A DNA stretch of 64,000 bases from an uncultured virus (IMG/VR IMGVR_UViG_3300050343_000259) (taxonomy: Duplodnaviria > Heunggongvirae > Uroviricota > Caudoviricetes). The stretch is from IMG/VR virus record IMGVR_UViG_3300050343_000259; one strand, 5' to 3'. The notes beneath the pieces are model-generated. The model searched no databases, was not told the origin of the DNA, and saw only the letters and a program-made list of their open reading frames with translations. A program made the position numbers and the translations under genes. Below are positions 12,091-22,200 of the stretch, piece after piece; within the stretch, counting starts at the first letter, position 1, and each line of letters opens with the position of its first letter.

Positions 12091-12525
12091 TTATTTATTT
12101 AACTCTTTATATCTTGCTATTTTTTGGTTCATTGTTTTACATCCTTTATACTCATCCCCGTAAGAACCCATAGTATATATTTTGCAAAACTCTTTAACCT
12201 TAATATCTGTCCATAAATATTCTTGAATATCTTCAGACTCTCCATTCCATTCAAACTCTAATTCTGATTTGCTAGTATCTTCATCAGCAATCATAAATAT
12301 TGGTGTTTTTTCTCCCATATAGCTTCCAACTACATTATGTTGAAAAAATTCTACCGCCTCTTCTTCAGTCATTTTATCTCTTTCCATAAGTATTTGTATG
12401 CATTTTTTACTGCTATAAATAGCTTTGACTGTATTACATTGTGATATTCCGACTATAGCTTCATTAAAACCATCTGCCAATAAGCATTGATTAAAATCTA
12501 ACAACATTTCTAGTTCTTTATTCAT
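12091..12525 (-). CDS. phage hypothetical protein
   Basis: ADGFNEAIVG...EEAVEFFQHNVVGSYMGEKTP pattern I recall from phage proteins. Confidence 0.75.
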   Translation of the reverse strand: MNKELEMLLDFNQCLLADGFNEAIVGISQCNTVKAIYSSKKCIQILMERDKMTEEEAVEFFQHNVVGSYMGEKTPIFMIADEDTSKSELEFEWNGESEDIQEYLWTDIKVKEFCKIYTMGSYGDEYKGCKTMNQKIARYKELNK

Positions 12526-12775
12526 AATAAAAGTTATTTAATAATATTTCTTTTGCTTCATCAATGTTTTGCCTATCGTAATCGTGAAACGAATTAATAA
12601 TATGCATATCCGATAAACCAATAGCCTTTAATATTTTAATCGTTTGCCTTATTCCAAATATTTCGCTGCATTGCACTATTTGAATTGGATTTTTTTTCCA
12701 ATAGCTAAATTCATTTTTAGCAATGGTTATATTTCCATTAATGTAGGTTTCTATAATTTCCGCTAGTCTATTCAT
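12518..12775 (-). CDS. hypothetical protein
   Basis: ORF in tight operon. Confidence 0.7.
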   Translation of the reverse strand: MNRLAEIIETYINGNITIAKNEFSYWKKNPIQIVQCSEIFGIRQTIKILKAIGLSDMHIINSFHDYDRQNIDEAKEILLNNFYYE

Positions 12776-12806
12776 AATATTCTGTTTTTAATTTTGGCTA
12801 TTCTTT

Positions 12807-13010
12807 CTACTTTCTACGATTAATAAACCACTCCAACTTTTTAGTGAAATATTTTATTTGTTCTATATCAAGACTATTAACTGCCATAGACAATTGTTCC
12901 TGATAATATTCTATTTTGGGAGTATATCCGTTAGGATAACGGACTTCGTTTATACTTCCTTTTCTAATTCGGTCAAGTTCTACTTGATGTCGATGGTGTG
13001 GATTACTCAT
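12807..13010 (-). CDS. hypothetical protein
   Basis: ORF. Confidence 0.65.
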   Translation of the reverse strand: MSNPHHRHQVELDRIRKGSINEVRYPNGYTPKIEYYQEQLSMAVNSLDIEQIKYFTKKLEWFINRRK

Positions 13011-13030
13011 ATCTATTTGTTTTTTTGAGT

Positions 13031-13112
13031 AATTAAGGAAGTTGTGTTCCGCAGTACCACCCTCAGCCTGAGTGGGTCTTTTGCTGACTGACTATTTACA
13101 ACCTCCCTAATT
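13031..13112 (-). ncRNA. Candidate structured RNA element
   Basis: 15-bp closing stem AATTAGGGAGGTTGT/ACAACTTCCTTAATT (two G-U pairs on - strand) around a GC-rich CCACTCAGGCTGAGGGTGG hairpin. Confidence 0.4.
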
Positions 13113-13115
13113 AAA

Positions 13116-13271
13116 TTAATTATATACTTTTTCGACTTCTACTCTAACTCTTTTTGTTACTTTATCAATAGTATGGACACATATTAATCCGGTTGTCAAT
13201 TCTATTCTTTCAATTTCTTTTATTCTTCCTCCAAGTAATAAATACTTAATTTTTTTTAATAAATTTTTCAT
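13116..13271 (-). CDS. small hypothetical protein (51 aa)
   Basis: Read by hand: MKNLLKKIKYLLLGGRIKEIERIELTTGLICVHTIDK... Confidence 0.55.
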   Translation of the reverse strand: MKNLLKKIKYLLLGGRIKEIERIELTTGLICVHTIDKVTKRVRVEVEKVYN

Positions 13272-13329
13272 AATTTCTATTTTAATGTTTTAAACTATAA
13301 TTTGTCTTAACAATAATTCCTTCTGAGAA

Positions 13330-13626
13330 TTAATGTCTGTTTGGATAACCTAAATCGTTTCTCCATTTGTCTTGAAGTTTACCCTGTCTTTTAAGATACT
13401 TTACTCCTCTAAATTGAGGTTCTTCTTCTTGCAGTTTTGCTCTTGCTCTTTTTATACTTGGAGCAGATGTTAATTGCTTAGTTGCGTACAATCTTAAAAA
13501 ATCTTTATTTTCATATCCAAGTTGTTGAATTTCCTTGGACCAAATGTTAGCAGATAATCTTTCATCATCATCCTTTAAGGAGGGATGTTTATTTAGCCAA
13601 TACTTTACTTTATCTTTAGTTTTCAT
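13330..13626 (-). CDS. phage hypothetical protein
   Basis: LNKHPSLKDDDERL...SIKRARAKLQ pattern; promoter upstream. Confidence 0.75.
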   Translation of the reverse strand: MKTKDKVKYWLNKHPSLKDDDERLSANIWSKEIQQLGYENKDFLRLYATKQLTSAPSIKRARAKLQEEEPQFRGVKYLKRQGKLQDKWRNDLGYPNRH

Positions 13627-13650
13627 TACTATTTGATTTTGATTTCATTA

Positions 13651-13658
13651 CAAATATA
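13651..13658 (-). promoter_or_regulatory. TAnnTTTG promoter element
   Basis: TATATTTG in AT-rich gap upstream of 13626. Confidence 0.6.
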
Positions 13659-13720
13659 TAAAAAAAAACATAAAAACAATATATCTTTAAAGATAATTTG
13701 ATAATTATTTTAAAAAATAT

Positions 13721-14095
13721 TTATTTAACCTGATAATCGCCCATAAAAAAGGCACCATCTTTATCTAATTTTTGCTCTCTAATATGGAAATAAGCTAAAT
13801 CTACAGACTTAATATATTTCATATTTCGGTTAAAATCGGTCATTTGATGTGCCAAAACACCATTCTCCCATTTTTTGTGACAGGAAACACAATGATATTG
13901 TATGTTATTAGGGTCGGTAATTAGGTGCCTTGACCTAGAACGAGGAATAAGATGTGAATGAGTTAATTGCCTATAGGTTCCGCATCCTGTGCAGCGATGA
14001 GGTCTTTCTTCTGATATTCTTTGATATACTTCCTTTAACTCTGTGTCTATTAAAGATTGTTTATCGCTTTTGTATGAAAGGTGTGTTTTTTTCAA
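13721..14095 (-). CDS. HNH endonuclease (NinG/Rap-like)
   Basis: CTGCG...HSHLIPRS...DPNNIQYHCVSCH. Confidence 0.85.
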   Translation of the reverse strand: MKKTHLSYKSDKQSLIDTELKEVYQRISEERPHRCTGCGTYRQLTHSHLIPRSRSRHLITDPNNIQYHCVSCHKKWENGVLAHQMTDFNRNMKYIKSVDLAYFHIREQKLDKDGAFFMGDYQVK

Positions 14096-14097
14096 AT

Positions 14098-14436
14098 CTA
14101 ATCTAATATATCTCTCATTGCATCAAATAACATTTCTACTGATTTTTTAGAATCTTTTTCATTTGAAACATCTTCAAGTTTTTTGGCAAACTTTCTAAGT
14201 TTGAATGGAAAGGTTATCTTTTTCCATAGGTTTTTAAAAAACTGCTTTATATTATAGTATAATTTCATAATGTGTAAAGGGAATGTAAATAATAAGCAAA
14301 CTATCCATAAAGAAATTTCAATAATAATTGGCTCGTGAAATGGGAAATCATCCTGTATTTTTTTTCTATACTCTTCTTGAACCTTAAAGTATTCTACTAT
14401 ACCAACCAATATGTATATTATAACAAATATTCCCAT
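14098..14436 (-). CDS. membrane protein
   Basis: Two hydrophobic segments. Confidence 0.65.
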   Translation of the reverse strand: MGIFVIIYILVGIVEYFKVQEEYRKKIQDDFPFHEPIIIEISLWIVCLLFTFPLHIMKLYYNIKQFFKNLWKKITFPFKLRKFAKKLEDVSNEKDSKKSVEMLFDAMRDILD

Positions 14437-14470
14437 CTGATTTATTTATTCTCAAAGATAATTAATTATA

Positions 14471-15013
14471 CTACATACTATCCACAACTAAGGTTATATT
14501 ATCAAGTTCATTTATAAAAGTGTTTACATTGATGTACTTCTTATAATAATCCTTATGCTTAAATACTTCAATAATTAAAGTTAAGTTATCTTTTACCTCA
14601 GAAAGGTCATTAAACTCTATCTTTCTACCAATTAATTTTTTAATAGATTTTAAAGAGTAATTATTTAATATATGAGAATAAGAATTATGGTTTATATCAG
14701 TATTAAAAACTACATTATTAACGAAATGCATATGCTCCCCATTAGTGCTTGATAATTTAAAATCTGAGTTCAACTTAAAAGGAGGCTCTTTTTCTCTTAT
14801 GCTATTGACCTCAACACCGGTCATTTCGCATACAAAGGGAATGTTTTCAGGTATTTTCCTGCCTTTCCTGTCTACATCTCTAATTAATGCTTTTTGATGC
14901 CTTAAAACAGATATATACCTTTTTTGTAATATTGGGTCTAATATATTTGACTCTATAAAGTCTATAACGACATTTAGTTCTTGTATTTTCTTATCAAGTT
15001 TGTTTGGTTTCAT
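14471..15013 (-). CDS. hypothetical protein
   Basis: 180-aa ORF. Confidence 0.7.
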   Translation of the reverse strand: MKPNKLDKKIQELNVVIDFIESNILDPILQKRYISVLRHQKALIRDVDRKGRKIPENIPFVCEMTGVEVNSIREKEPPFKLNSDFKLSSTNGEHMHFVNNVVFNTDINHNSYSHILNNYSLKSIKKLIGRKIEFNDLSEVKDNLTLIIEVFKHKDYYKKYINVNTFINELDNITLVVDSM

Positions 15014-15028
15014 TTATTAGTGTGTGTA

Positions 15029-15859
15029 TTAATCTCCTATATTTTTAGTTATATGCTTGATTGTTGTACTAAACCAAACTTCACTTACTTCAGGAACCTT
15101 TACTTTTTCTTTACAATTTTCATTCAAAAAACATTTTGCACATCTTGAAATATTAGGGATTGCTTTAAAACCTGTTTTAAAATTGTGCATTAGGAAATTT
15201 AGACCTACTCTTATATCATTTGCGTGTTCTTCATATAACTCTTCTTCTATGTGAACTTTAATAATTTTGAAATCGTGCTGATTCGTAGTAGAGAAAACCC
15301 AAAAATAAAAGTCTAAATCTTCTCCGTGCAACTCTTTATATAGCCATTTATAGTGTAATGCCTGAATCAATAAGGTTAATTTTGGTCTAAATTCACCTGC
15401 AAGGTGCTCTGTATTCCACCCAAAATCATTCCATTTGTCATCAAATAATGCCGTAGTTTTTAGGTCAATGATTGATTTTTTGCCATTCACTTTAGCAATA
15501 ATATCAGCAGTTCCTGTTATGTTTCCCCAATTCATACTTACTCCTGACTGAATATCAGTTACATTATAATGCTTTATAGCCTCTTTATAATTTTCAACTT
15601 GATTTAGCATTCTTTCATATGCTACAGATAGTTTTCCGCTTTTTAAAACTTTTGGCTCAGGTACTTCAGGATGGTATGCCGGTAATGCTCCCGTACATTT
15701 ATATTCAAACCAATTACCTAATGCTTGAGCATCAGTCGTGAATCCTTTTGCCCCTTTGATATATAGGGCTTCAACTTTTAAACCACATTCTTTTTTTTCA
15801 GCATATTTAGTTAGTGCTTTTAAAAGAGATTGAGATATAGATAAATTATCAACTTTCAT
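15029..15859 (-). CDS. PD-(D/E)XK exonuclease (Cas4/RecE-like), probable RecT partner
   Basis: TGTADII...IIDLKT, Q-x3-Y, N-terminal Cys plus C-terminal CAKC...C Fe-S-type ligands. Confidence 0.85.
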   Translation of the reverse strand: MKVDNLSISQSLLKALTKYAEKKECGLKVEALYIKGAKGFTTDAQALGNWFEYKCTGALPAYHPEVPEPKVLKSGKLSVAYERMLNQVENYKEAIKHYNVTDIQSGVSMNWGNITGTADIIAKVNGKKSIIDLKTTALFDDKWNDFGWNTEHLAGEFRPKLTLLIQALHYKWLYKELHGEDLDFYFWVFSTTNQHDFKIIKVHIEEELYEEHANDIRVGLNFLMHNFKTGFKAIPNISRCAKCFLNENCKEKVKVPEVSEVWFSTTIKHITKNIGD

Positions 15860-16983
15860 TATTTTTTATTTTCTTTTGGTATAAATAATATATCCCATAT
15901 TTTTTCTCCTAAATCAGCATTACATTCTGATATTAAGTTTTTATAAGTATATCCTAATTCTAATAACTTTTTGAATTTTGTTTCTATTTGTTCATCTGTA
16001 ATAATAGAACCATAATCATAATCTCCCATACATTCTAAAACAATTACAGGTTTGAACTTTTGAATTATTTTTAGCCCTCCCCTAATAACATTTTCTTCAT
16101 ATCCTTCTACATCTATTTTAAGATAATCTAGGCTATCTAATTTTAATGAATCAAGAGTAATTACATCTACTTCTAAATCTAACTCTAGGTCATTTTTGTT
16201 TTTCCAAGTCTTTTTTATAGCACCTCCTTGTAATATGGTTGCTCCACAATTACCATCAGCAATAAAATCTATTTTAATCTTTCCTTTTTTTTCGCCTATT
16301 CCTTTTTTAAATGTCTTTACATTTTTACAATTATTTAAATCTAAATTTTTGTTTAATAAATCATAAGATTGTTTTAATGGCTCAAAAGAATATACTTCTT
16401 TAGATAACTTGCTTAATATAACAGTTAGTGTACCAATGTGTGCCCCAACTTCTACTACTGTAGAATTTGAATCTAAATATTTATATGCTAAATCGTGATG
16501 ATGCTCTTCCCATCTATAACCTCTTCTGATACAATCGGATATAATACATTTTTGATAAAGTTGAAATTTAGCGGTTTGCTCTTTATAGTAATTTGGTAAT
16601 TCTCGTATGGTGTTATCTAATCTAAAAGTAGCTATTTCAGGATGTAATAAGTCGAACAATTCTTCATACCAACCATTATCTCCTTCTTTAACTTTAAATA
16701 TATCTTCATCTTCTGCCATATCTCCACTTTCGACTATTTCACAATTATTTTTTGTATAGTCATCTACATAGCCTTGCACAATATCAGCATCAATTTCCCA
16801 CATATCATCATCGTAATCGTGACAAACATCTCCATCTTCATCGAGGTATGTTTCAACAGGAGATACATTTGCATATTCTCTTAAAACTCCTTTGTCCATA
16901 TAACTATAGTTTATACCATAGTAATTATTGTCTTTATCCTTGTAATAACAAATTTCTCCTGTATCAAATAGATGTACTAACAT
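15859..16983 (-). CDS. FkbM-family SAM methyltransferase with acidic N-terminal domain
   Basis: VEVGAHIG...VYSFEP...LDYLKIDVEGYEENVIRGG. Confidence 0.9.
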   Translation of the reverse strand: MLVHLFDTGEICYYKDKDNNYYGINYSYMDKGVLREYANVSPVETYLDEDGDVCHDYDDDMWEIDADIVQGYVDDYTKNNCEIVESGDMAEDEDIFKVKEGDNGWYEELFDLLHPEIATFRLDNTIRELPNYYKEQTAKFQLYQKCIISDCIRRGYRWEEHHHDLAYKYLDSNSTVVEVGAHIGTLTVILSKLSKEVYSFEPLKQSYDLLNKNLDLNNCKNVKTFKKGIGEKKGKIKIDFIADGNCGATILQGGAIKKTWKNKNDLELDLEVDVITLDSLKLDSLDYLKIDVEGYEENVIRGGLKIIQKFKPVIVLECMGDYDYGSIITDEQIETKFKKLLELGYTYKNLISECNADLGEKIWDILFIPKENKK

Positions 16984-17207
16984 AATTCTTTTCGTTTTTC
17001 TAGTAATTGTAATTCTAATTGAGTTGACCCTACTAAATCATCAGTAGCATTCAAATACAATTTGATATAATTTTTTGCAGAATTTAAATGTTTATCATTC
17101 TTACAACTTTCAATTACTTTTTCCGCTTTATTCTTTGCTTTAATAATATCCTCTATAGTGTCTATAGAAAGATATATGAGATTTTGATTTTTGTCTTTCC
17201 CTATCAT
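16977..17207 (-). CDS. hypothetical protein
   Basis: ORF, translationally coupled. Confidence 0.7.
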   Translation of the reverse strand: MIGKDKNQNLIYLSIDTIEDIIKAKNKAEKVIESCKNDKHLNSAKNYIKLYLNATDDLVGSTQLELQLLEKRKELC

Positions 17208-17416
17208 TACTTTTTGATTTTTGATAATTTTTCTATAAGATTTAAGATTTCTTCTTTATGCTTATAGTCTGTGTTTTTTAATTTATCTGAAATATATACA
17301 AGGTCTGTAGTTTTATCTTTTTCAATACCCATTTCTAATGCAAGAGTTGATAATCTCTTATATTTCTCAAGAATATTCCTTGTTTCAGGATTCATTAAGT
17401 CTGCTAATGTTGACAT
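17207..17416 (-). CDS. hypothetical protein
   Basis: ORF, TAATG overlap. Confidence 0.7.
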   Translation of the reverse strand: MSTLADLMNPETRNILEKYKRLSTLALEMGIEKDKTTDLVYISDKLKNTDYKHKEEILNLIEKLSKIKK

Positions 17417-17435
17417 TTTAATTTTAGTTTAATTA

Positions 17436-17858
17436 TTAAATAACAAATTTATCTGTAAGTATCACTTTCCTGCCTCTATCTTTAGTTCTTACACCTCTAA
17501 AGGGCATTTTCATTAATTCCTTTACATCTAAGATTTTTTTTAACGCAGTTAATAGTGGTAATGAACAAAAAACTATATCAACTTTCTTTTCATTATAAAG
17601 TAACTCCCACATATTAATTCTTGACATAAGTGCTTTTGATAACATAAAATCCATTTCAACTCCTGAAATATCCCTTATGTCTTTAACTACTTTTTCTCTA
17701 AACTGTACTTTAAAAAGACTTGACTCTCTAATATCACATTTCATTAGTTTACTTCCATCATCAAATGTGAATATATGTGGACTACTAAAATTTGCTACTT
17801 TGGTTCCGTTTTTAAGAGTGATTATAGAATCCTCTAAATCTTGCATACTTCTTCTCAT
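17436..17858 (-). CDS. hypothetical protein
   Basis: 140-aa ORF. Confidence 0.7.
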   Translation of the reverse strand: MRRSMQDLEDSIITLKNGTKVANFSSPHIFTFDDGSKLMKCDIRESSLFKVQFREKVVKDIRDISGVEMDFMLSKALMSRINMWELLYNEKKVDIVFCSLPLLTALKKILDVKELMKMPFRGVRTKDRGRKVILTDKFVI

Positions 17859-17866
17859 ACATCAAT

Positions 17867-18475
17867 TTAGAAAGGTAGTTTATCATCTTCTTCGTATGAA
17901 GTCATTTCATCTGTGAAATCTTCATCTTGAATATCTAAATCCATTAAGGCATTTGCTTGTTCTTCAACTAAAGAATTTGCTTGTTCTTCAACTATCAATT
18001 CAGGAGAAGGCTTTTTTTGTTTCCAAAAATCCTCATCTCTTGTAAACCAAGATTTTAAAGTAAGTATAGAAACCTCTTTTATTAATACCGGAGTATTATT
18101 TCCTCCTTCAGAATCATCTAATTTTGTATTAACTTGTACTCCTGCTTTCGGCATCCAAGCATACATATTGTTTTCTTTATCTTCTATTTGTATAGCTTTT
18201 TCACTTATTTTACTTACAAATACATTTTTGTTTTCATTATAAGATTTATCCTCAAAAACACATTCTTGATTAAGAGATAAATGTAATACCTCGCATCGTG
18301 TATGAATTTTTTTATCTTGTTGAGTTTCTTTTCTTAAATGAATTATTTGTTTTTCTGAAAGTGTTCCTCTTTCTTTATATTGGTTTGATAATGACTTTAA
18401 AAAAGGATTTTCTTTGTCATAATTTTCTAAGAAGTTTTTTTCTTCATCATTTAATAGTGGTGTGTGATTGTCCAT
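17867..18475 (-). CDS. hypothetical protein with SSB-like acidic C-terminal tail
   Basis: Ends ...EEDDKLPF*. Confidence 0.7.
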   Translation of the reverse strand: MDNHTPLLNDEEKNFLENYDKENPFLKSLSNQYKERGTLSEKQIIHLRKETQQDKKIHTRCEVLHLSLNQECVFEDKSYNENKNVFVSKISEKAIQIEDKENNMYAWMPKAGVQVNTKLDDSEGGNNTPVLIKEVSILTLKSWFTRDEDFWKQKKPSPELIVEEQANSLVEEQANALMDLDIQDEDFTDEMTSYEEDDKLPF

Positions 18476-18493
18476 TTTATTTATTTTATTTAT

Positions 18494-18949
18494 TTAAAAG
18501 CTAATTGTTATTTCTTTCGTTTCCCAATCTATTTCTATTCTTGTTAAAATTAAATGAGGAGCAGAATCTGATTCGTTTGGTGTGTAGTCTGTTCTTACAA
18601 TCCACTTTCTTTCATCCAAACTGAGTTTTTTTCTTTCTGTATTTTCTTGAACAGATAACGGGTAGTTAATAAAGTCATCGACCTCTAATTTGTAACTTCT
18701 CTCTCCTTCATTATAATTATCTCCCGGAAGTTCTTCTATATAATTGTAATCATATTCTAGTGCAATCTTTTCGATGATTGGAAAAATATCTGTGATACCT
18801 TGACCTTCTCTTTGATAAATTTCTGCACTCCAAGAAACTAAAATATCAATATCATTATGATAATCGTGATGTTTGTCAATCATCTTAGTGAATCCATAAA
18901 AGTCAATATCTTGATAATCTTTTAGTTTTGTTCTAAATTTAAATTCCAT
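18494..18949 (-). CDS. acidic hypothetical protein
   Basis: 151-aa ORF. Confidence 0.7.
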   Translation of the reverse strand: MEFKFRTKLKDYQDIDFYGFTKMIDKHHDYHNDIDILVSWSAEIYQREGQGITDIFPIIEKIALEYDYNYIEELPGDNYNEGERSYKLEVDDFINYPLSVQENTERKKLSLDERKWIVRTDYTPNESDSAPHLILTRIEIDWETKEITISF

Positions 18950-18953
18950 AGTA

Positions 18954-19250
18954 TTAAGATTTTAATTCGTTATTTTCTTTTTCTTCAAGACAGTTTAAGT
19001 ATGCATCATAACTAAATTCTTCATTTAGCATTTTGGTTGGAAGATAACCAAGTTGAAAAAGGTTATTGCCTAATAACTGCATATCTTCAGCATTTGAAAC
19101 TTCTCTTTTTTCTACCGGCATATCCATAAGATACTTTTGTGCATAGTATAAGGCTTGACCTATAATATACTTTCCTCGCATATTGTGAAATAATTCTAAT
19201 GCTATTTCTTTTTCTGAGTTCTCTACTTTTTTGCTTTGCTTAGTTGCCAT
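18954..19250 (-). CDS. hypothetical protein
   Basis: ORF. Confidence 0.7.
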   Translation of the reverse strand: MATKQSKKVENSEKEIALELFHNMRGKYIIGQALYYAQKYLMDMPVEKREVSNAEDMQLLGNNLFQLGYLPTKMLNEEFSYDAYLNCLEEKENNELKS

Positions 19251-19273
19251 AATTATTTTTTTAAATTTTTATT

Positions 19274-19561
19274 TTAGATAAATAGGAAAAAAGGGTCATT
19301 TTCCTTTGTGCTAATTAAATCTTTAACAATAGATATTTTGAATTTCCAATCTTGATATAACTTCATATCAGCAGGTTCTTGTTGCTCTAACTCTTTATGA
19401 AATTCAATAAGTTCTTCTGATGAATAATTTTTAAGATGATTAAGTTCATAGTATTCTAACTCAGAAACTTTTTTATCATCTATAAAGTATTCCCATCCTG
19501 ACTGTTTATTCTTTTCGCTGCTGCTAAAAAGAAGTTTAATAACTTTTTTCTTGTTTCCCAT
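19274..19561 (-). CDS. hypothetical protein
   Basis: First ORF after the AT-rich gap 19562-19758. Confidence 0.65.
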   Translation of the reverse strand: MGNKKKVIKLLFSSSEKNKQSGWEYFIDDKKVSELEYYELNHLKNYSSEELIEFHKELEQQEPADMKLYQDWKFKISIVKDLISTKENDPFFLFI

Positions 19562-19758
19562 TTTGTGTAATTTATTAATTAACTATTTGTGACTTGATTT
19601 CGATGTAAAGATAATTAAATTTTATAATCCACAAAAAAAAATAGACATAAATTACATATTTTTATATGCAACATCAGTATTATCAGGGTATGAGAGCCTG
19701 AAATTTGTTTTTAAAAATAATTATAAAATGGCGAAAATCTTAAAAATAATTGAAATAA

Positions 19759-21120
19759 TTACTCTTTTTCGATTGGGAAATCGTGCTTTTTGAATAATTT
19801 TCTTGCACCTTGCTCGGTATCAAGTTGATGCTGAACAAACTCCGGTGATGGTATAAATAGGTTTGTTCTTTGGAATGTACTTCCTACCATATCGAACTGA
19901 GGCATTTCCTCTACCTTTTCTTTTGAGAAGCAATCATAATTAATCATCATTTGCTTGATGTATATTAACTTTGATTTAATTTGGTCTTGCCATTTAGGAT
20001 TTTTTCCTGCATTTGAAGTAGATACCGCAGATACAGAATTTCCTGATTGATTAGAAAACTCTGATTTTGATGGTTTACCATCTTTTATCCATCTTAATTT
20101 TTCACTTAAATGCTTACTTCTTTTCATTAAGAAATCACAACCATACTTATCATATCCTTTTTCTAAACTATCTACGAAATCAGGAGTTATATAATCCTTG
20201 TTTAGTTTTGGTTGTTTTACTTTGGCAATCAAAGGAGTTGCTATATCTATATATACATAGTCTAGTATTAACCTTACCGTTGTTAAAGGAAGTAAATTAT
20301 ATTTTATTTTCGTAAAACCATCGAGTATGTACCCTTTTCCTTTTGGTGTAATAATGTAATTTTGAGATTGATATGGGTCAATAGTCGGTGTAAGTACCTT
20401 TTGATATACTTTACCTGTAGCTAATGTTCTATCAAATAAAAACGGCTCTAATATTTGTTCTTGATTTTCAGAAAATATTTGAAAATTCTTTATGTCGTAT
20501 GTCCTCTGAATTGTACTATACAAAAAGTCGTTGTAAGGGAAATTAGAAGTAGATATTACAGAAATATTGGGATTTGAAGGCAAAGTAGGTGCTGCGGCTG
20601 ATGCTGAAGGATATACTTGTATTGGTAGCCAAATTGCTCCTCCGGTTTGACCATTTAATAATATAGATTCTACCCCATAATTATACTGAGCAGTTGTAGC
20701 AATATTTTGTGCAGCTATATATGCAGGGTCTACAATAACTCTAATTACAAAACTTGTGGATTCAAGACCATAAGGTCCATCTACTGTCCATTGTCCTATT
20801 ACGGCAAATGGGTTAGCTGCATCATTTAAATATGTAACTAATTCAGCAGTAGATATATTTGATAATTTTGGGTCGGCAAGAGAACCAACTATAAATGTAC
20901 TACCATCTGCTCTAAAAATTCTTATTGACACAGAACCATTAGAGGCTACAAGTTTAGGATTCCACCAATCACCAAGAGTATATATAGGTGACCAATTAGA
21001 TTCAAAGTTCCAAACAGTTTCCGTGCTTGTATTGGGTGCACCTAAAGCTGAAGTTTCAAAAACTGAAAATTCTTGAACTTCTGTAGAATTATTTCTAAAA
21101 CTAAATACCGATGCATCCAT
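19759..21120 (-). CDS. Paralog of the candidate capsid protein, with insertion domain (putative minor capsid/turret protein)
   Basis: KVLTPTIDPYQSQ...YILDGFT matches KTLVPTIDPYQNQ...YKWDGFT of 53404-54153. Confidence 0.6.
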   Translation of the reverse strand: MDASVFSFRNNSTEVQEFSVFETSALGAPNTSTETVWNFESNWSPIYTLGDWWNPKLVASNGSVSIRIFRADGSTFIVGSLADPKLSNISTAELVTYLNDAANPFAVIGQWTVDGPYGLESTSFVIRVIVDPAYIAAQNIATTAQYNYGVESILLNGQTGGAIWLPIQVYPSASAAAPTLPSNPNISVISTSNFPYNDFLYSTIQRTYDIKNFQIFSENQEQILEPFLFDRTLATGKVYQKVLTPTIDPYQSQNYIITPKGKGYILDGFTKIKYNLLPLTTVRLILDYVYIDIATPLIAKVKQPKLNKDYITPDFVDSLEKGYDKYGCDFLMKRSKHLSEKLRWIKDGKPSKSEFSNQSGNSVSAVSTSNAGKNPKWQDQIKSKLIYIKQMMINYDCFSKEKVEEMPQFDMVGSTFQRTNLFIPSPEFVQHQLDTEQGARKLFKKHDFPIEKE

Positions 21121-21797
21121 TATTTGCTATTTTTTAATATTGTGAACCAATCTTGGGTATTATCATTTAAATATCCATTATTGTCTATACTTACAATTCG
21201 TTTTGTAACTCCATTACTGACATTACCTCCTATTACCTCTATATTTTTTCTTTTTCTATTAACATCTACAACTATATCACAATGTGATTTATAACTACTT
21301 TTTGTATCATAGTTTACACCCGTTTGTCTAGGATAACATATCAAATCTCCTTTTTCAGGTTTAACTTCGTGTACCTTATATCCTTTAAAGTCCGAATTAT
21401 TGTTTTGTTTTCTATTCTGAATAAAAGGTCTTATATAATTAGTATGTGCCGATGAATAAGGGAATTCGTTTCCTGCCCCACTCTTTTTCATTATGAATGA
21501 AATAAAAGCAGATGACCAAGGAGTTTTTCTATCACAACCATCATAATTTTTACCTGTTCCTTTTTTCCAATACTCTCCTACTCTATCTTTATATATAGGA
21601 GTACATTCAAACTCTCCTGATTCTTCTAATTTTCCTCCTACTATTACAGGGCTGCCCCATAGTTTCCACTCTTTATTAGCATTTGAAATAATAGCAGATT
21701 TGAATCCACTTAAAAGATACTTTTTAAACAAAATATATAGACCTGCCGATACGACAAGACCTATTCCAACCCCTATTGCTACCTGCCCCTTTTTCAC
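21120..21797 (-). CDS. DUF2272-like (CHAP/NlpC-related) protein with N-terminal TM
   Basis: PWSSAFISFIM...SAHTNYI...PEKGDLICY...SHCDIVV...IGGNVSN. Confidence 0.8.
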   Translation of the reverse strand: MKKGQVAIGVGIGLVVSAGLYILFKKYLLSGFKSAIISNANKEWKLWGSPVIVGGKLEESGEFECTPIYKDRVGEYWKKGTGKNYDGCDRKTPWSSAFISFIMKKSGAGNEFPYSSAHTNYIRPFIQNRKQNNNSDFKGYKVHEVKPEKGDLICYPRQTGVNYDTKSSYKSHCDIVVDVNRKRKNIEVIGGNVSNGVTKRIVSIDNNGYLNDNTQDWFTILKNSK

Positions 21798-22195
21798 TTT
21801 TTAAATTTAGTATAGGCATAATATCCAATAGCAAAAAATGCAGCCCAATAATACCATTTAATAGCCTTATTTTGCATAACTCCATCATCAGCCCTCTCTT
21901 CTACATTTCCATTAAGAACTCCTCCTAAAGACTCTCCTGCCTTGTTGTATTCTAAATTTATAGTATTTGTGCCTGATGAAAAATCTTTAATAGATACAGT
22001 TTTGTTCTTATATCCAACATAAGAAATAGTAAGAAAGTCAGAAGGAAAGACATCAATGGTAAATAAACCTTTTTTATTTCCGCTTGTCTTTTTTTTATTA
22101 TCAATAATATTGCCCTCTCCATCAGTTACATAAACCGTTGCTTGTGGTAATATTTCTTGAGTTTTACTATCTACTACTAATCCGTTTGCTAACAT
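21794..22195 (-). CDS. Carboxypeptidase-regulatory-like domain (SusC N-terminal type) with C-terminal TM
   Basis: GLVVDSKTQEILPQATV...GLFTI...LTISYVGYK. Confidence 0.8.
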   Translation of the reverse strand: MLANGLVVDSKTQEILPQATVYVTDGEGNIIDNKKKTSGNKKGLFTIDVFPSDFLTISYVGYKNKTVSIKDFSSGTNTINLEYNKAGESLGGVLNGNVEERADDGVMQNKAIKWYYWAAFFAIGYYAYTKFKK

Positions 22196-22200
22196 TTTAT

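Noticed and set aside
11977..13112. tRNA genes in the GC-rich intergenic islands
   Set aside because: No cloverleaf, T-loop GTTCRA or acceptor stem could be traced
15029..15859. CRISPR-associated cas4
   Set aside because: No array or other cas genes; context with recT points to a recombination exonuclease
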